Shown here: positions 1-9,423 of the stretch, one piece after another | Numbering within the stretch: the first letter of the stretch is position 1 | Layout of the letters: every line of letters starts with the position of its first letter | Assembly (NCBI GenBank): GCA_964521105.1 | Contig: CAZFPO010000005.1 | Coordinates: 3,534-67,533 of the forward strand | Direction: 5' to 3' | Length of the DNA: 64,000 nucleotides | Origin: an uncultured Lentimicrobiaceae bacterium | Lineage (GTDB): Bacteria; Bacteroidota; Bacteroidia; Bacteroidales; WCHB1-69 | Notes under the pieces: model-generated | What the model was told of the DNA's origin: nothing | The model's input: only the letters and a program-made list of their open reading frames with translations | Database searches by the model: none | Translations under genes and position numbers: made by a program

Positions 1-65
1 TCTTTCATCCCCAAAAGACAATCTACATTATAAATATTGTTTAATTCAAATTTTCCTAGATTCAT
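1..65 (-). CDS. 5' end of a gene running off the left edge; possible N4/N6 DNA methyltransferase N-terminus
   Basis: The reverse strand reads ATG at 65-63 then MNLGKFELNNIYNVDCLLGMK. The 'I..DC...M' pattern is typical of DNA methylase N-termini. A CAAAAATA box (TAnnTTTG on the minus strand) lies at 85-92. Only 21 codons are visible. Confidence 0.3.
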   Translation of the reverse strand, partial: MNLGKFELNNIYNVDCLLGMK

Positions 66-451
66 CTGCGTCCTTTTATAATTGCAAAAATAAGTAATAT
101 TTTTGAATTGATACTTATAATCTACAATGAAAATTAAATTAGTTATCAACAAAACTATCAGAGGTGCAGTTTGATAATATGGAATGTCAAAAAAAAAGTA
201 CACACACAATTTAAAACCTGACCAAAGTCATTCTTTCATTATATTTGCTGATTATAAACTATTCTTTGGGTTCAAAAGTCAGTCTGAAAAATATTTAACT
301 TTGGCAAAGTCTAAAATCAATTGTGCAGAAAGTTCTAATTGAAAAAATATTGCAACTAATGAACTTCATTGTAATAATTTGATTGAGAGGTACTCCGAAA
401 TGCCAACCAGCTTTCAAACACAGTCTTAATAATTTAAGCAAATTTTGAAAT

Positions 452-478
452 AAAAAAGCCCTTGACGGGCTTTTTTAT
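452..478. terminator. Bidirectional rho-independent terminator after the S9 peptidase gene
   Basis: Hairpin GCCC-ttgac-GGGC (458-470) is flanked by an A-run upstream and a T-run downstream. It lies 14 nt beyond the stop at 492. Confidence 0.7.
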
Positions 479-491
479 TTCAAAATTGGTG

Positions 492-2576
492 CTATTTTTT
501 TAAATAAGTATCTAACCATCTAAAAAATTCGCGTTGCCAAAGTACTGAATTTTGAGGTTTCAGAACAAAATGTGATTCCTCGGGGAAGAATAAAAATCGG
601 CTTGGTATACCTTTTAGTTGAGCAGCATTAAAAGCTTGCATGCCTTCGGTATAAGGAATTCTAAAATCTCTGCCACCATGAATTACTAACAATGGGGTAT
701 CCCAATTTCCGATAAAATTATGTGGCGAAAAGTCATAGCTTTTAGGACGATTTTTATCCCAATATGCGCCACCAATATCGTGGTTTGCAAAAAACATTTC
801 TTCGGTAGTGCCATACCAGCTTTCAAAATTGAACATACCACAGTGTGCAATAAAGCATTTAAAACGTTTGTTATGATTTCCGGCTAACCAATACACCGAA
901 TAACCACCATAGCTTGCACCAACTGCTCCCATTCGGGTAGAATCAACATAAGGTTCTTTAGCTACATCATCAATTGCCGAAAGGTAATCCTGCATATTTT
1001 GTCCGCCATAATCTAAACTTATTTGGTCGTTCCATTCACTTCCAAAGGAGGGAAGTCCTCGGCGATTAGGAGCAACCACAATATAACCTCGAGCCGCCAT
1101 TATTTGAAAATTCCAACGGTATGAAAAAAACTGACTAACAGCACTTTGTGGACCACCTTGGCAATATAATATGGCAGGGTATTTTTTTGTTGAATCAAAT
1201 CCAGGAGGATAAATTACCCATACTAACATGCTTTTTCCATCAGTTGTTTTTACCCAACGTTCTTTAACTTCGCCTAACTGTATGGATTTTAATTTTTCAG
1301 TATTTGTATTTGTAATTTGTTTCTCTTCTAATGTTTTTAAATTGATATTAAATATTTCGGTAGGCAATGAAATGGACATTTTTGTTCCAACCAAAAATTT
1401 GCCAGCAAATTGTAGTTCGGTATAATCGTGCCAGCCCTTAGTAATTTGAGTAATTTTTTTTGTTTTTAATTCTAAGTTATAAAGTTGATGTGTTGCTTTA
1501 GTTGCACTAATAAAATAAATTGATTTTGAATCACTTGACCATTTAAAGTTTTCGGAACTTTGGTCGAAATTCGAGGTATAATCTTCAGCTTTTTGAGTGG
1601 CAAAATCGTAAATCATTATCCGTTTTTTATCCGATTCAAACCCGGGTGTTTTCATGCTGCTCCAAACAATGTATTTGCCATCGGGCGAAAATACTGGATC
1701 CATGTCATATCCTTTATTTAATTCACTAATATTCTCCGTTTTTTTTGTATCTAAATTGTAAACGTAAATATCGCTATTTGTGCTTAAAGCATATTCTTTA
1801 CCCGATTGCTTTTTGCAGGTATAGGCAATTTTTTTTCCGTCAGTACTCCAACTTATTTGTTCCATTCCTCCATAAGGCATCATGGGTGCGTCAAAATGTT
1901 CTTTTCCCATGATGTCAATACCATTTTCAATTGTACTAGTATTGTATGGTGTGATGAAAATGTGCTGATACGAGAAATCTGTCCATGAATCCCAATGGCG
2001 ATACATTAAATCGTCAAAAATCATGGCATTAGCTTTTGGTAAATCGGGGTATAAGTCTTGAACCGTATATTCTAATTTAACATCTTTAATGTACAATAAA
2101 TTTTTCTGATCGGGCGAAAACATAAAAGCATTTACCCCGTCTATAATATTGCTAATTCGAGTTTTACCTGTTCCGTCTGGGTTCATTTCCCATATTTGAA
2201 CCCCTTTTACTTCGGGCGATAAATAAATAATTTTTTTACCATCTGGACGCCAAATAGCATTAAATACCGAAAAATCTACATCGGTTAATTTGGTAACAAC
2301 ACCGCCTTGAATAGGTACAGAATATAAATTTCGTTTACCTTTATTTTCCGATAAATTATATTCGGTAACTCCAAATAAAACAGTTTGCCCATCAGGCGAC
2401 ACTTGAATTTCGCTAACTCGTCCGAGTGTCCATAAAAATTCAGGGGTCATCTTTGGCGGCTCAATGGTAGGTCTGATGCCTTTTTTAATGTTTGTTTGTT
2501 CGGTTGTTTGCGAAAAAACTACAGTAGTTATAAGCATAACTACACTTAATAAAATTGTTTTGTTTAATAATTTCAT
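492..2576 (-). CDS. S9 family serine peptidase (prolyl oligopeptidase / dipeptidyl-peptidase type) with N-terminal beta-propeller, secreted
   Basis: 694 aa with an N-terminal signal peptide (MKLLNKTILLSVVMLITTVVFSQ). Nucleophile elbow GASYGG, plus acid (HGGRDFRIP) and His (PEESHF) motifs in S9 order. The long WD-like propeller region has repeated SPDG motifs. Confidence 0.85.
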   Translation of the reverse strand: MKLLNKTILLSVVMLITTVVFSQTTEQTNIKKGIRPTIEPPKMTPEFLWTLGRVSEIQVSPDGQTVLFGVTEYNLSENKGKRNLYSVPIQGGVVTKLTDVDFSVFNAIWRPDGKKIIYLSPEVKGVQIWEMNPDGTGKTRISNIIDGVNAFMFSPDQKNLLYIKDVKLEYTVQDLYPDLPKANAMIFDDLMYRHWDSWTDFSYQHIFITPYNTSTIENGIDIMGKEHFDAPMMPYGGMEQISWSTDGKKIAYTCKKQSGKEYALSTNSDIYVYNLDTKKTENISELNKGYDMDPVFSPDGKYIVWSSMKTPGFESDKKRIMIYDFATQKAEDYTSNFDQSSENFKWSSDSKSIYFISATKATHQLYNLELKTKKITQITKGWHDYTELQFAGKFLVGTKMSISLPTEIFNINLKTLEEKQITNTNTEKLKSIQLGEVKERWVKTTDGKSMLVWVIYPPGFDSTKKYPAILYCQGGPQSAVSQFFSYRWNFQIMAARGYIVVAPNRRGLPSFGSEWNDQISLDYGGQNMQDYLSAIDDVAKEPYVDSTRMGAVGASYGGYSVYWLAGNHNKRFKCFIAHCGMFNFESWYGTTEEMFFANHDIGGAYWDKNRPKSYDFSPHNFIGNWDTPLLVIHGGRDFRIPYTEGMQAFNAAQLKGIPSRFLFFPEESHFVLKPQNSVLWQREFFRWLDTYLKK

Positions 2577-2694
2577 GTTGAATATTTTTTGTAGCTAAAT
2601 TAATAAAAAACCAGATTAATACATAAACCTGTGTGTTAATTTATTCTTTAATCTTAAAAAAAAACAAAAGATATCTAAATTGACTGAAAAAATG

Positions 2695-2702
2695 TACTTT
2701 TG
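2695..2702 (+). promoter_or_regulatory. Bacteroidota-type -7 promoter box (TAnnTTTG)
   Basis: TACTTTTG lies 19 nt upstream of the ATG at 2721. Confidence 0.45.
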
Positions 2703-2720
2703 ATTTTAAATTTGTTATAA

Positions 2721-3101
2721 ATGGATTCAAAAATTAAAGTTTATACTCCAAAAGAAACACTTGATAAGTTTGGGTTTGATGATACAATTCTTTTGGATAT
2801 TCGTGAAAATGAAATGCTTGGTTTCAAACGATTTGATGTACCTAAACAGATTAATATTTCCAATAAAGAATTAGATGAAAAGTGGGTTATTTTACCATTA
2901 AATAAATTGATAATTGTTGCCGATACAAGTGGTGTTTTTGCTCGTAAATCGGCTGAATTTTTATTTGAACAAGGTTTTAACGTTGCAATTTTAGCTGGCG
3001 GAATTGTAGAATGGGAGAGAGATGGATTAAAATTAGTCGAAAATTCTAGCGAGCGTTTGTCGGGTTCGTGTATGTGCCAGCTTCGTCCACGCGAAAATTA
3101 A
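2721..3101 (+). CDS. Rhodanese-like domain protein, probably catalytically inactive
   Basis: 126 aa with rhodanese-fold spacing (LLDIRE..., IIVADTSGVFARKSAEFL, GGIVEW). The active-site Cys position reads Asp. The C-terminal tail is SGSCMCQLRPR. Confidence 0.65.
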   Translation: MDSKIKVYTPKETLDKFGFDDTILLDIRENEMLGFKRFDVPKQINISNKELDEKWVILPLNKLIIVADTSGVFARKSAEFLFEQGFNVAILAGGIVEWERDGLKLVENSSERLSGSCMCQLRPREN

Positions 3102-3111
3102 TTCTAAATGT

Positions 3112-3600
3112 ATGAATTTTATTAGTATTGATTTTGAAACTGCCACAGGGTATATGCACAGTGCTTGCGCTGTGGGCATTGTTATAATTGAAAATGGTGA
3201 AATTTACGATGAGTTTTATTCATTAATTCAACCTCCCGAAAATAAATACTGGTACTCGAATATTAATGTGCACGGAATCACACCAATGCAAACTTGTAAA
3301 GTTCCAACTTTTGATGAATTGTATTACAAAATTAAACCAATTCTATACGGTAAAAAAATAGTGGCTCATAATGAAGCTTTCGACAGAAATGTATTAATGA
3401 AAACAATGATGTATTATGGATTAAATTACGAAGAATTAAATCTTCCAAAACGTTGGGATTGTACTTTGCAAATTTATCGCAAAAAAGGATTTTCACCTGC
3501 TAATCTTAAAGCCTGTTGTTCGAAGTTGTCTATTGAGTTAGATCATCATAATGCATTATCCGATGCACGAGCTTGTGCTAAATTATACTTACTTAAATAA
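3112..3600 (+). CDS. DEDDh 3'-5' exonuclease (DnaQ / Pol III epsilon-like)
   Basis: 162 aa with Exo I (SIDFETAT), Exo II (AHNEAFD) and Exo III (HHNALSDARA) motifs in the canonical order. Confidence 0.75.
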   Translation: MNFISIDFETATGYMHSACAVGIVIIENGEIYDEFYSLIQPPENKYWYSNINVHGITPMQTCKVPTFDELYYKIKPILYGKKIVAHNEAFDRNVLMKTMMYYGLNYEELNLPKRWDCTLQIYRKKGFSPANLKACCSKLSIELDHHNALSDARACAKLYLLK

Positions 3601-3606
3601 TAAAAA

Positions 3607-4716
3607 ATGACTGAAAAAATTAAATGGATACCTTTTGAAATTATTGAATCAATAATGATTAATCTTTTACAAAAGTCTGGTATCCCCGAAGCTGATGCAA
3701 AAATAGTAGCTGATGTACTAATTACTGCCGATAAACTGGGGATTGATTCTCATGGCTCTAATCGTTTAAAACCTATTTATTTAGACAGAATTAAAGACGG
3801 TATTTTAAACCCTATTACTCAAATTGAAGTTGTGAAAGAAGGACCAACAACTGCTGTGATTGATGGTCATAATGGAATGGGGCATGTTATATCCAAATTT
3901 TCGATGCAGATGGCGATCGATAAAGCTAAAAAATATGGAATGGGCATGGTTGCTGTTCGTAACTCTACACATTATGGTATTGCAGGTTATTATGCTATGA
4001 TGGCTACCAAAGAGAATTTAATAGGAGTGACCGGTACTAACGCCCGACCTTCGATAGCTCCAACTTTTGGTGTCGAAAATATGATGGGAACAAATCCAAT
4101 GACTTTTGGAATTCCTACCGACGAAGATTTTCCCTTTTTACTAGATTGTGCAACTTCGGTTACACAACGCGGAAAAATTGAAATTTATGCTCGCGAAGGA
4201 AAACCAGTTCCTAAAGGTTGGGTTATCGACGAAAATGGTGAAAGTAAAACCGATTCAAATGAAATTTTGCAAGATTTAATTGATGGAAAAGCGGCACTTA
4301 CTCCTTTAGGTGGTATTGGCGAAGAAACAGGTGGTTATAAAGGATATGGATATTCACTTGTGGTTGAAATTTTATCGGCTGCTTTGCAAAGTGGTGCGTA
4401 TATGAAAATGCTACTTGGTTATAAAGATGGTGTTAAAATTCCATATCCACTCGGACATTTTTTTATTGCTATTGATGTAAATGCGTTTAATGACGTTGAT
4501 GAATTTAAAAAAATTACAGGCGATATTTTACGAGAAATTAGAGCTTCAAAATTAGCACCAGGTGAAAAGCAAATTTTTAGCCCTGGCGAAAAAGAATATA
4601 TTAAATGGATGTATCGAAAAGATAAGGGGGTGCCTTTTAATACAAACCTGCTTTCTGAGTTCAAATTATTATGCAAAAACTACAATTTGTTGGAATTTGA
4701 ACACTATTTTGAATAA
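3607..4716 (+). CDS. Ldh_2 family oxidoreductase (malate/L-lactate/ureidoglycolate dehydrogenase type 2)
   Basis: 369 aa. The motifs GIDSHGSNRL, NSTHYGIAGYY and GTNPMTFGIP are characteristic of the Ldh_2 family. Confidence 0.75.
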   Translation: MTEKIKWIPFEIIESIMINLLQKSGIPEADAKIVADVLITADKLGIDSHGSNRLKPIYLDRIKDGILNPITQIEVVKEGPTTAVIDGHNGMGHVISKFSMQMAIDKAKKYGMGMVAVRNSTHYGIAGYYAMMATKENLIGVTGTNARPSIAPTFGVENMMGTNPMTFGIPTDEDFPFLLDCATSVTQRGKIEIYAREGKPVPKGWVIDENGESKTDSNEILQDLIDGKAALTPLGGIGEETGGYKGYGYSLVVEILSAALQSGAYMKMLLGYKDGVKIPYPLGHFFIAIDVNAFNDVDEFKKITGDILREIRASKLAPGEKQIFSPGEKEYIKWMYRKDKGVPFNTNLLSEFKLLCKNYNLLEFEHYFE

Positions 4717-4723
4717 TTTTTAC

Positions 4724-5497
4724 TTATTCCTCCAAAGTTTTATTGTTATTCTTCTTATTTACAATTAATTCGCTGGGTTTAAAAACATATCGAACTTCTA
4801 TTCCAAAATAATCGCCAATTGTTTTGGTTACCACCTTATTTATCGATTTTGAAGTACTTAAGTTGTAATAATTTAAGTTAGTTTGATATAATTCGGCAAA
4901 TAAATGATAAACAGGTCCGACATAAAAATATCCACTATTTTTCGAACGATATTCAAACCCCACAGCTCCTTTAAATGTAGGTATAATGGTGCCTTTTCGT
5001 TGCGAAAATTGTTCAAAACTATAAATAGTTGAACCGGTAATGTTTTTTTTATCATTTCGTGTATACAAATTGCTGGGAATTAGTTGAAGAGATGTTCCAA
5101 CTGATTGCCCCATGAAAATTTTTTCGGATAATTTTATATAAAAAGTTATTGTAAATGGTATTTCAAAATTATCGGCTTCAAAATTAATTTTATCTTTAAA
5201 ACTGCCATCTTCAACCGATACTAAAAAATTTCGGGAAACATAATTTATACCCGTTTCAACCGAAAATTTAGGGGTCAGTTCTACCGATAAATGTGTTCCT
5301 AATGTAAATCCCGAAAGAGGCTTTGATGTAAATTTTACAGATTCTCGCATAATTTCGCTTGAGCGAATTCTAAACATTTCGAGGGGGATAATTGGCTCAA
5401 CATGAACTCCAAAGGTAGCCCACTTTTTTTGTGCGTGTGTTTTCGTGCTCAATATCAAAATAATAAGCAATACGATATAAAACTTAAAACTTTTCAC
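4724..5497 (-). CDS. Signal-peptide protein, probable outer-membrane beta-barrel (function unknown)
   Basis: 257 aa with a signal peptide ending THAQ and an alternating amphipathic beta-strand pattern. No recognisable catalytic motif. Confidence 0.45.
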   Translation of the reverse strand: MKSFKFYIVLLIILILSTKTHAQKKWATFGVHVEPIIPLEMFRIRSSEIMRESVKFTSKPLSGFTLGTHLSVELTPKFSVETGINYVSRNFLVSVEDGSFKDKINFEADNFEIPFTITFYIKLSEKIFMGQSVGTSLQLIPSNLYTRNDKKNITGSTIYSFEQFSQRKGTIIPTFKGAVGFEYRSKNSGYFYVGPVYHLFAELYQTNLNYYNLSTSKSINKVVTKTIGDYFGIEVRYVFKPSELIVNKKNNNKTLEE

Positions 5498-5560
5498 AAT
5501 TCCTATTTAAATTGCAAATATAAATGAAACACTTTATTTATAAGTAAGAAAGTTTGTGTT

Positions 5561-6499
5561 TTATGTTTTTGTAACTAAATCCTTTTGCTTTGACATGATT
5601 TTATATAATAATCCCAATCGGACACTTAGGTAATCATTGTCGTGTACTCCATATTCAAAAAGTGATTCTAAATTAATTTTTTGATTTATATTATACCTTA
5701 CTAAACTTCTAATAACCCATGGCTTATCTCCGTTACCTATATATCCCTGATAGGACGCTGTTTGAATCGAAATAAGTACTCTTTTTAACTTATAATCTGT
5801 ACCAGCCGAAAACATGTATGCATCGTTTTGTCGATTGTCATCTCTATTTGTTTGCCAACAATAAAAACCTCCCGAACAATACATTCTAATATAATTTTCG
5901 TTATTCTTTGATACAAATATATTTTTTCCAAAACTTAAATCGAAAAAATATCCTGGAGCATCGGTATATCGTGCATGACTTAAATTTGTACCCGATGCAG
6001 TTCGCAATCCCAACCTTAAAGCCATATCGGGTAACTTTTTTCGACCGCTAAAAAGTTGAATATTGTTAATTACATAAATATCGCCACCAGCAATGCCTGA
6101 ACCTTGTTTTTTAAAAGTACGTCTTTCAATTCTTAAACTCGAATCGGTATTATAAAATTCAATAGGTACAACGTAACATTCGATATTTACTCGTTTTTTA
6201 ACTATTGGAATTTCAATCCGTGAAAACAAATTTGTAGTTGGGTCTTGTTTATTGTAATGATATTCGCCAGCTAACATAATTTCCGTGTTTTCGCAGATTA
6301 ATCCATTTTTAACATCAGGAATGGGTAACGCATTTGGTCCAAAGTACTTGGCAGAATATCGCATGTATTTTGACCAGTGGGTGCGACCATCCCAATTATT
6401 ATATGGGTCGCTTAAATCATTATCGGCTTGTGAGAAAAGCTTGATACCTAAGAAAAATAAAGATGAAATAAGAAATATTCTTATGACCAAATGATTCAT
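5561..6499 (-). CDS. Signal-peptide protein, probable outer-membrane beta-barrel (function unknown)
   Basis: 312 aa with a signal peptide (…LGIKLFSQ), aromatic-rich beta-strand periodicity, and a C-terminal …LGLLYKI-like strand. Confidence 0.45.
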   Translation of the reverse strand: MNHLVIRIFLISSLFFLGIKLFSQADNDLSDPYNNWDGRTHWSKYMRYSAKYFGPNALPIPDVKNGLICENTEIMLAGEYHYNKQDPTTNLFSRIEIPIVKKRVNIECYVVPIEFYNTDSSLRIERRTFKKQGSGIAGGDIYVINNIQLFSGRKKLPDMALRLGLRTASGTNLSHARYTDAPGYFFDLSFGKNIFVSKNNENYIRMYCSGGFYCWQTNRDDNRQNDAYMFSAGTDYKLKRVLISIQTASYQGYIGNGDKPWVIRSLVRYNINQKINLESLFEYGVHDNDYLSVRLGLLYKIMSKQKDLVTKT

Positions 6500-6580
6500 T
6501 TTTTGTCAGTGTGTGAAATTTTCCTTTTGCGAAAATACAAAAAAAGTATAAATGATTGCTGAAAATTTCACTAAAAACAC

Positions 6581-6588
6581 TACTTTTG
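6581..6588 (+). promoter_or_regulatory. -7 promoter box (TACTTTTG) for lepA
   Basis: The box sits inside the TTG-extended ORF and 7 nt before the ATG at 6595. This argues for the shorter start. Confidence 0.5.
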
Positions 6589-6594
6589 CAAACT

Positions 6595-8382
6595 ATGAAA
6601 AATATCCGAAATTTTTGCATTATAGCTCACATCGATCACGGCAAAAGTACTCTTGCCGACCGTTTACTTGATTACACAAACACAATCAAGGAAAAAGACA
6701 GAATGGAACAAGTCCTCGATAATATGGATTTAGAGAGGGAAAGAGGAATAACTATAAAAAGCCATGCTATTCAAATGGAATATGAATTGAATGGTGAAAA
6801 GTATATTTTTAATTTAATTGACACACCTGGACATGTTGATTTTTCGTATGAAGTGTCACGCTCGATTGCTGCCTGCGAAGGTGCTTTGCTTGTAGTTGAT
6901 GCAACGCAAGGAATTCAAGCTCAAACCATTTCAAATTTGTATTTAGCCATTGAAAATGACTTGGAAATAATTCCTGTGCTTAATAAAATGGACATGGAAA
7001 GTGCTATGCCCGAAGAAGTTAAAGACCAAATTGTTGATTTAATTGGTTGTAAACGAACTGATATTATTGAGGCAAGTGGTAAAACCGGTTACGGTGTTGA
7101 TTTAATTATGGAGGCAATTGTTGATAGAATTCCAGCTCCAGTGGGTAACGAAAATGAACCTCTTCAAGCACTAATTTTCGATTCTGTTTTTAATTCATAT
7201 CGTGGAATAATTGCTTATTTCAGAATTAAAAATGGGATTATTAAAAAAGGAGATTTTGTAAAATTTATTGCCACAGGTAAAGAATATTATGCTGATGAAA
7301 TAGGCACGCTTAAACTCACAATGGAGCCAAAAAATATTTTAAAAGCAGGAGATGTTGGTTATATTATTTCTGGAATTAAAACTTCTAAAGAGGTAAAAGT
7401 TGGTGACACTATAACTCATGTTGCAAACCCAACACAAGAACATATTGCAGGTTTTCAGAATGTTAAACCCATGGTTTTTGCAGGTGTTTATCCTGTTGAT
7501 GCCGACGATTACGAGGATTTACGCTCATCGTTAGAAAAATTGCAGTTAAACGATGCCTCACTTTCGTTTGAACCCGAATCGTCTGCTGCTCTTGGTTTTG
7601 GTTTTCGTTGCGGATTTCTTGGATTACTTCACATGGAAATTGTTCAAGAACGCTTGGATAGAGAATTCGATATGGATGTAATTGCCACTGTACCTAACGT
7701 TTCGTTTAAAGTTATTACAACAAAAGGTGAAACTATCGAAGTCCATAATCCATCGGGCATGCCAGTTCCAAGCATTATTGAACATATTGAAGAACCATAT
7801 ATTAACGCTCAGGTAATTACAAAAGCTGAATATTTAGGCGGTGTAATGAAACTTTGTATTGATAAAAGGGGAGTCCTGAAAAATCAAGTTTACCTCACAA
7901 GTAATAGAATTGAACTAACTTTTGATATGCCTCTGAGCGAAATCGTTATCGATTTTTATGATAAACTAAAAAGTATTTCTAAAGGTTACGCATCTTTTGA
8001 TTATCACATAACCGATTATAAACCAGCCAAATTAGTAAAATTAGACATTCTTTTAAATGGGGATTCGGTAGATGCCTTATCCTGTTTAATTCATATTGAT
8101 AATGCACACTCTTTTGGTCGTAGAATTTGTGAAAAACTAAAAGAATTAATCCCTCGTCAACAGTTTGATATTGCAATACAAGGAGCTATAGGAGCAAAAA
8201 TTATATCCCGCGAAACCGTTAAAGCTCTTCGAAAAGATGTTACAGCCAAATGTTACGGTGGTGATATTACTCGTAAACGAAAACTATTGGATAAACAAAA
8301 GAAAGGCAAGAAACGAATGAGACAAATTGGTAATGTTGAAGTTCCTCAAACGGCTTTTCTTGCAGTTCTTAAACTCGACTAA
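6595..8382 (+). CDS. lepA: Elongation factor 4 (LepA)
   Basis: [37 protein letters not shown] and the LepA-specific C-terminal domain ending …[17 protein letters not shown]. The start was moved from 6556 to the ATG at 6595. Confidence 0.97.
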   Translation: MKNIRNFCIIAHIDHGKSTLADRLLDYTNTIKEKDRMEQVLDNMDLERERGITIKSHAIQMEYELNGEKYIFNLIDTPGHVDFSYEVSRSIAACEGALLVVDATQGIQAQTISNLYLAIENDLEIIPVLNKMDMESAMPEEVKDQIVDLIGCKRTDIIEASGKTGYGVDLIMEAIVDRIPAPVGNENEPLQALIFDSVFNSYRGIIAYFRIKNGIIKKGDFVKFIATGKEYYADEIGTLKLTMEPKNILKAGDVGYIISGIKTSKEVKVGDTITHVANPTQEHIAGFQNVKPMVFAGVYPVDADDYEDLRSSLEKLQLNDASLSFEPESSAALGFGFRCGFLGLLHMEIVQERLDREFDMDVIATVPNVSFKVITTKGETIEVHNPSGMPVPSIIEHIEEPYINAQVITKAEYLGGVMKLCIDKRGVLKNQVYLTSNRIELTFDMPLSEIVIDFYDKLKSISKGYASFDYHITDYKPAKLVKLDILLNGDSVDALSCLIHIDNAHSFGRRICEKLKELIPRQQFDIAIQGAIGAKIISRETVKALRKDVTAKCYGGDITRKRKLLDKQKKGKKRMRQIGNVEVPQTAFLAVLKLD

Positions 8383-8438
8383 ATATCACTTTTTCAAATA
8401 CTTAAATTGTAATTTTTTGTCACAATGAGTTTCTTTCT

Positions 8439-9359
8439 ATGGATAATTTTGCAAACCAGCACAAACTTATAGAAGGGGAGTGGTACTCACTCAAAATCCT
8501 TAAACTTATTGAATTTGAAAATGAGTGGTTTTATTTACTAGAAACTCCTTTTAAAACTCGCATCACAATTCCTGCAGAACCATACAAAAACTATTCATTT
8601 ACAATAGGAGAGGAGATTCGCTGTAAAGTAGATAAAGTTAGCTGTAGTGGTAAAATATATTTAGAACCCGAACATCCATTTTATAAAGCAGGATTCATTT
8701 ATTCGTTTGAATTTGCCAAAATTATTGAGGTGGATAGTTTATATGGTGGCAAAATAACTATTTCATACTATAAAGACAAACTTAATAATTTAATCGAAAT
8801 TCCTATATGGATACCACCAAAAAATATTGAGAATCCTATCGATTTAAAGATACTGCGAATTAAAAAAGCTCAAATTATTGCTTTTCCAACTCAAAGTCCT
8901 TACATTACTGAATATAGCGACAATCAAGAACTTGAACTTACATTTTTCGAAAAGTTTATCAATCAATATGGTGAAATCGAATACATTGTGTTCGACCAAT
9001 ATGGTGGCTGGAATATAATTCCTGCAAAATATTTTTCAACTATCGAAATACCTAAAAATTCAAAATTAAATGCAATTGCTGTTAAACATCCTACTAATAG
9101 TTATTTTTACATTCAGCCCGAGCATCCAATTTATAAAAATGGTAATGCATATCCGTTTGTTGTTACCGATGTGAAAATTAACACTAATACACTTAATAGC
9201 AATAATATACCTGAAATTGTAGTAAGTTTAAAAGATAATATTTACAGCAATTACAAACTTGTTTCATTTATCGAAAATCCTCCAAAAATTGGGGAAACAA
9301 TATTGTTAATAACTTTGGGGATAAGAAAAGGTGTATTACACTTGCATTTGCCAAAATAA
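8439..9359 (+). CDS. Hypothetical protein with an internal two-fold repeat
   Basis: 306 aa with no signal peptide. Two related segments: …KIYLEPEHPFYKAGFIYSFEF… and …YFYIQPEHPIYKNGNAYPFVV…. Confidence 0.55.
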   Translation: MDNFANQHKLIEGEWYSLKILKLIEFENEWFYLLETPFKTRITIPAEPYKNYSFTIGEEIRCKVDKVSCSGKIYLEPEHPFYKAGFIYSFEFAKIIEVDSLYGGKITISYYKDKLNNLIEIPIWIPPKNIENPIDLKILRIKKAQIIAFPTQSPYITEYSDNQELELTFFEKFINQYGEIEYIVFDQYGGWNIIPAKYFSTIEIPKNSKLNAIAVKHPTNSYFYIQPEHPIYKNGNAYPFVVTDVKINTNTLNSNNIPEIVVSLKDNIYSNYKLVSFIENPPKIGETILLITLGIRKGVLHLHLPK

Positions 9360-9423
9360 AGTACTATATTTATAATCGTCAAACAATACATTATTTATCT
9401 TTCGTTAAACTAAAAAATTGCGA

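Noticed and set aside
6556-6594. N-terminal extensions in the ORF track from upstream starts (TTG at 6556, 9418, 16923, 35532 and 50024); also 16771-16842, 23146-23214, 43994-44035 and 59502-59585
   Set aside because: Promoter boxes fall inside several of the extensions. Downstream ATGs give canonical N-termini (lepA, gyrA, ribBA, clpC) or proper signal peptides (Dcp, C25, WG-repeat protein).
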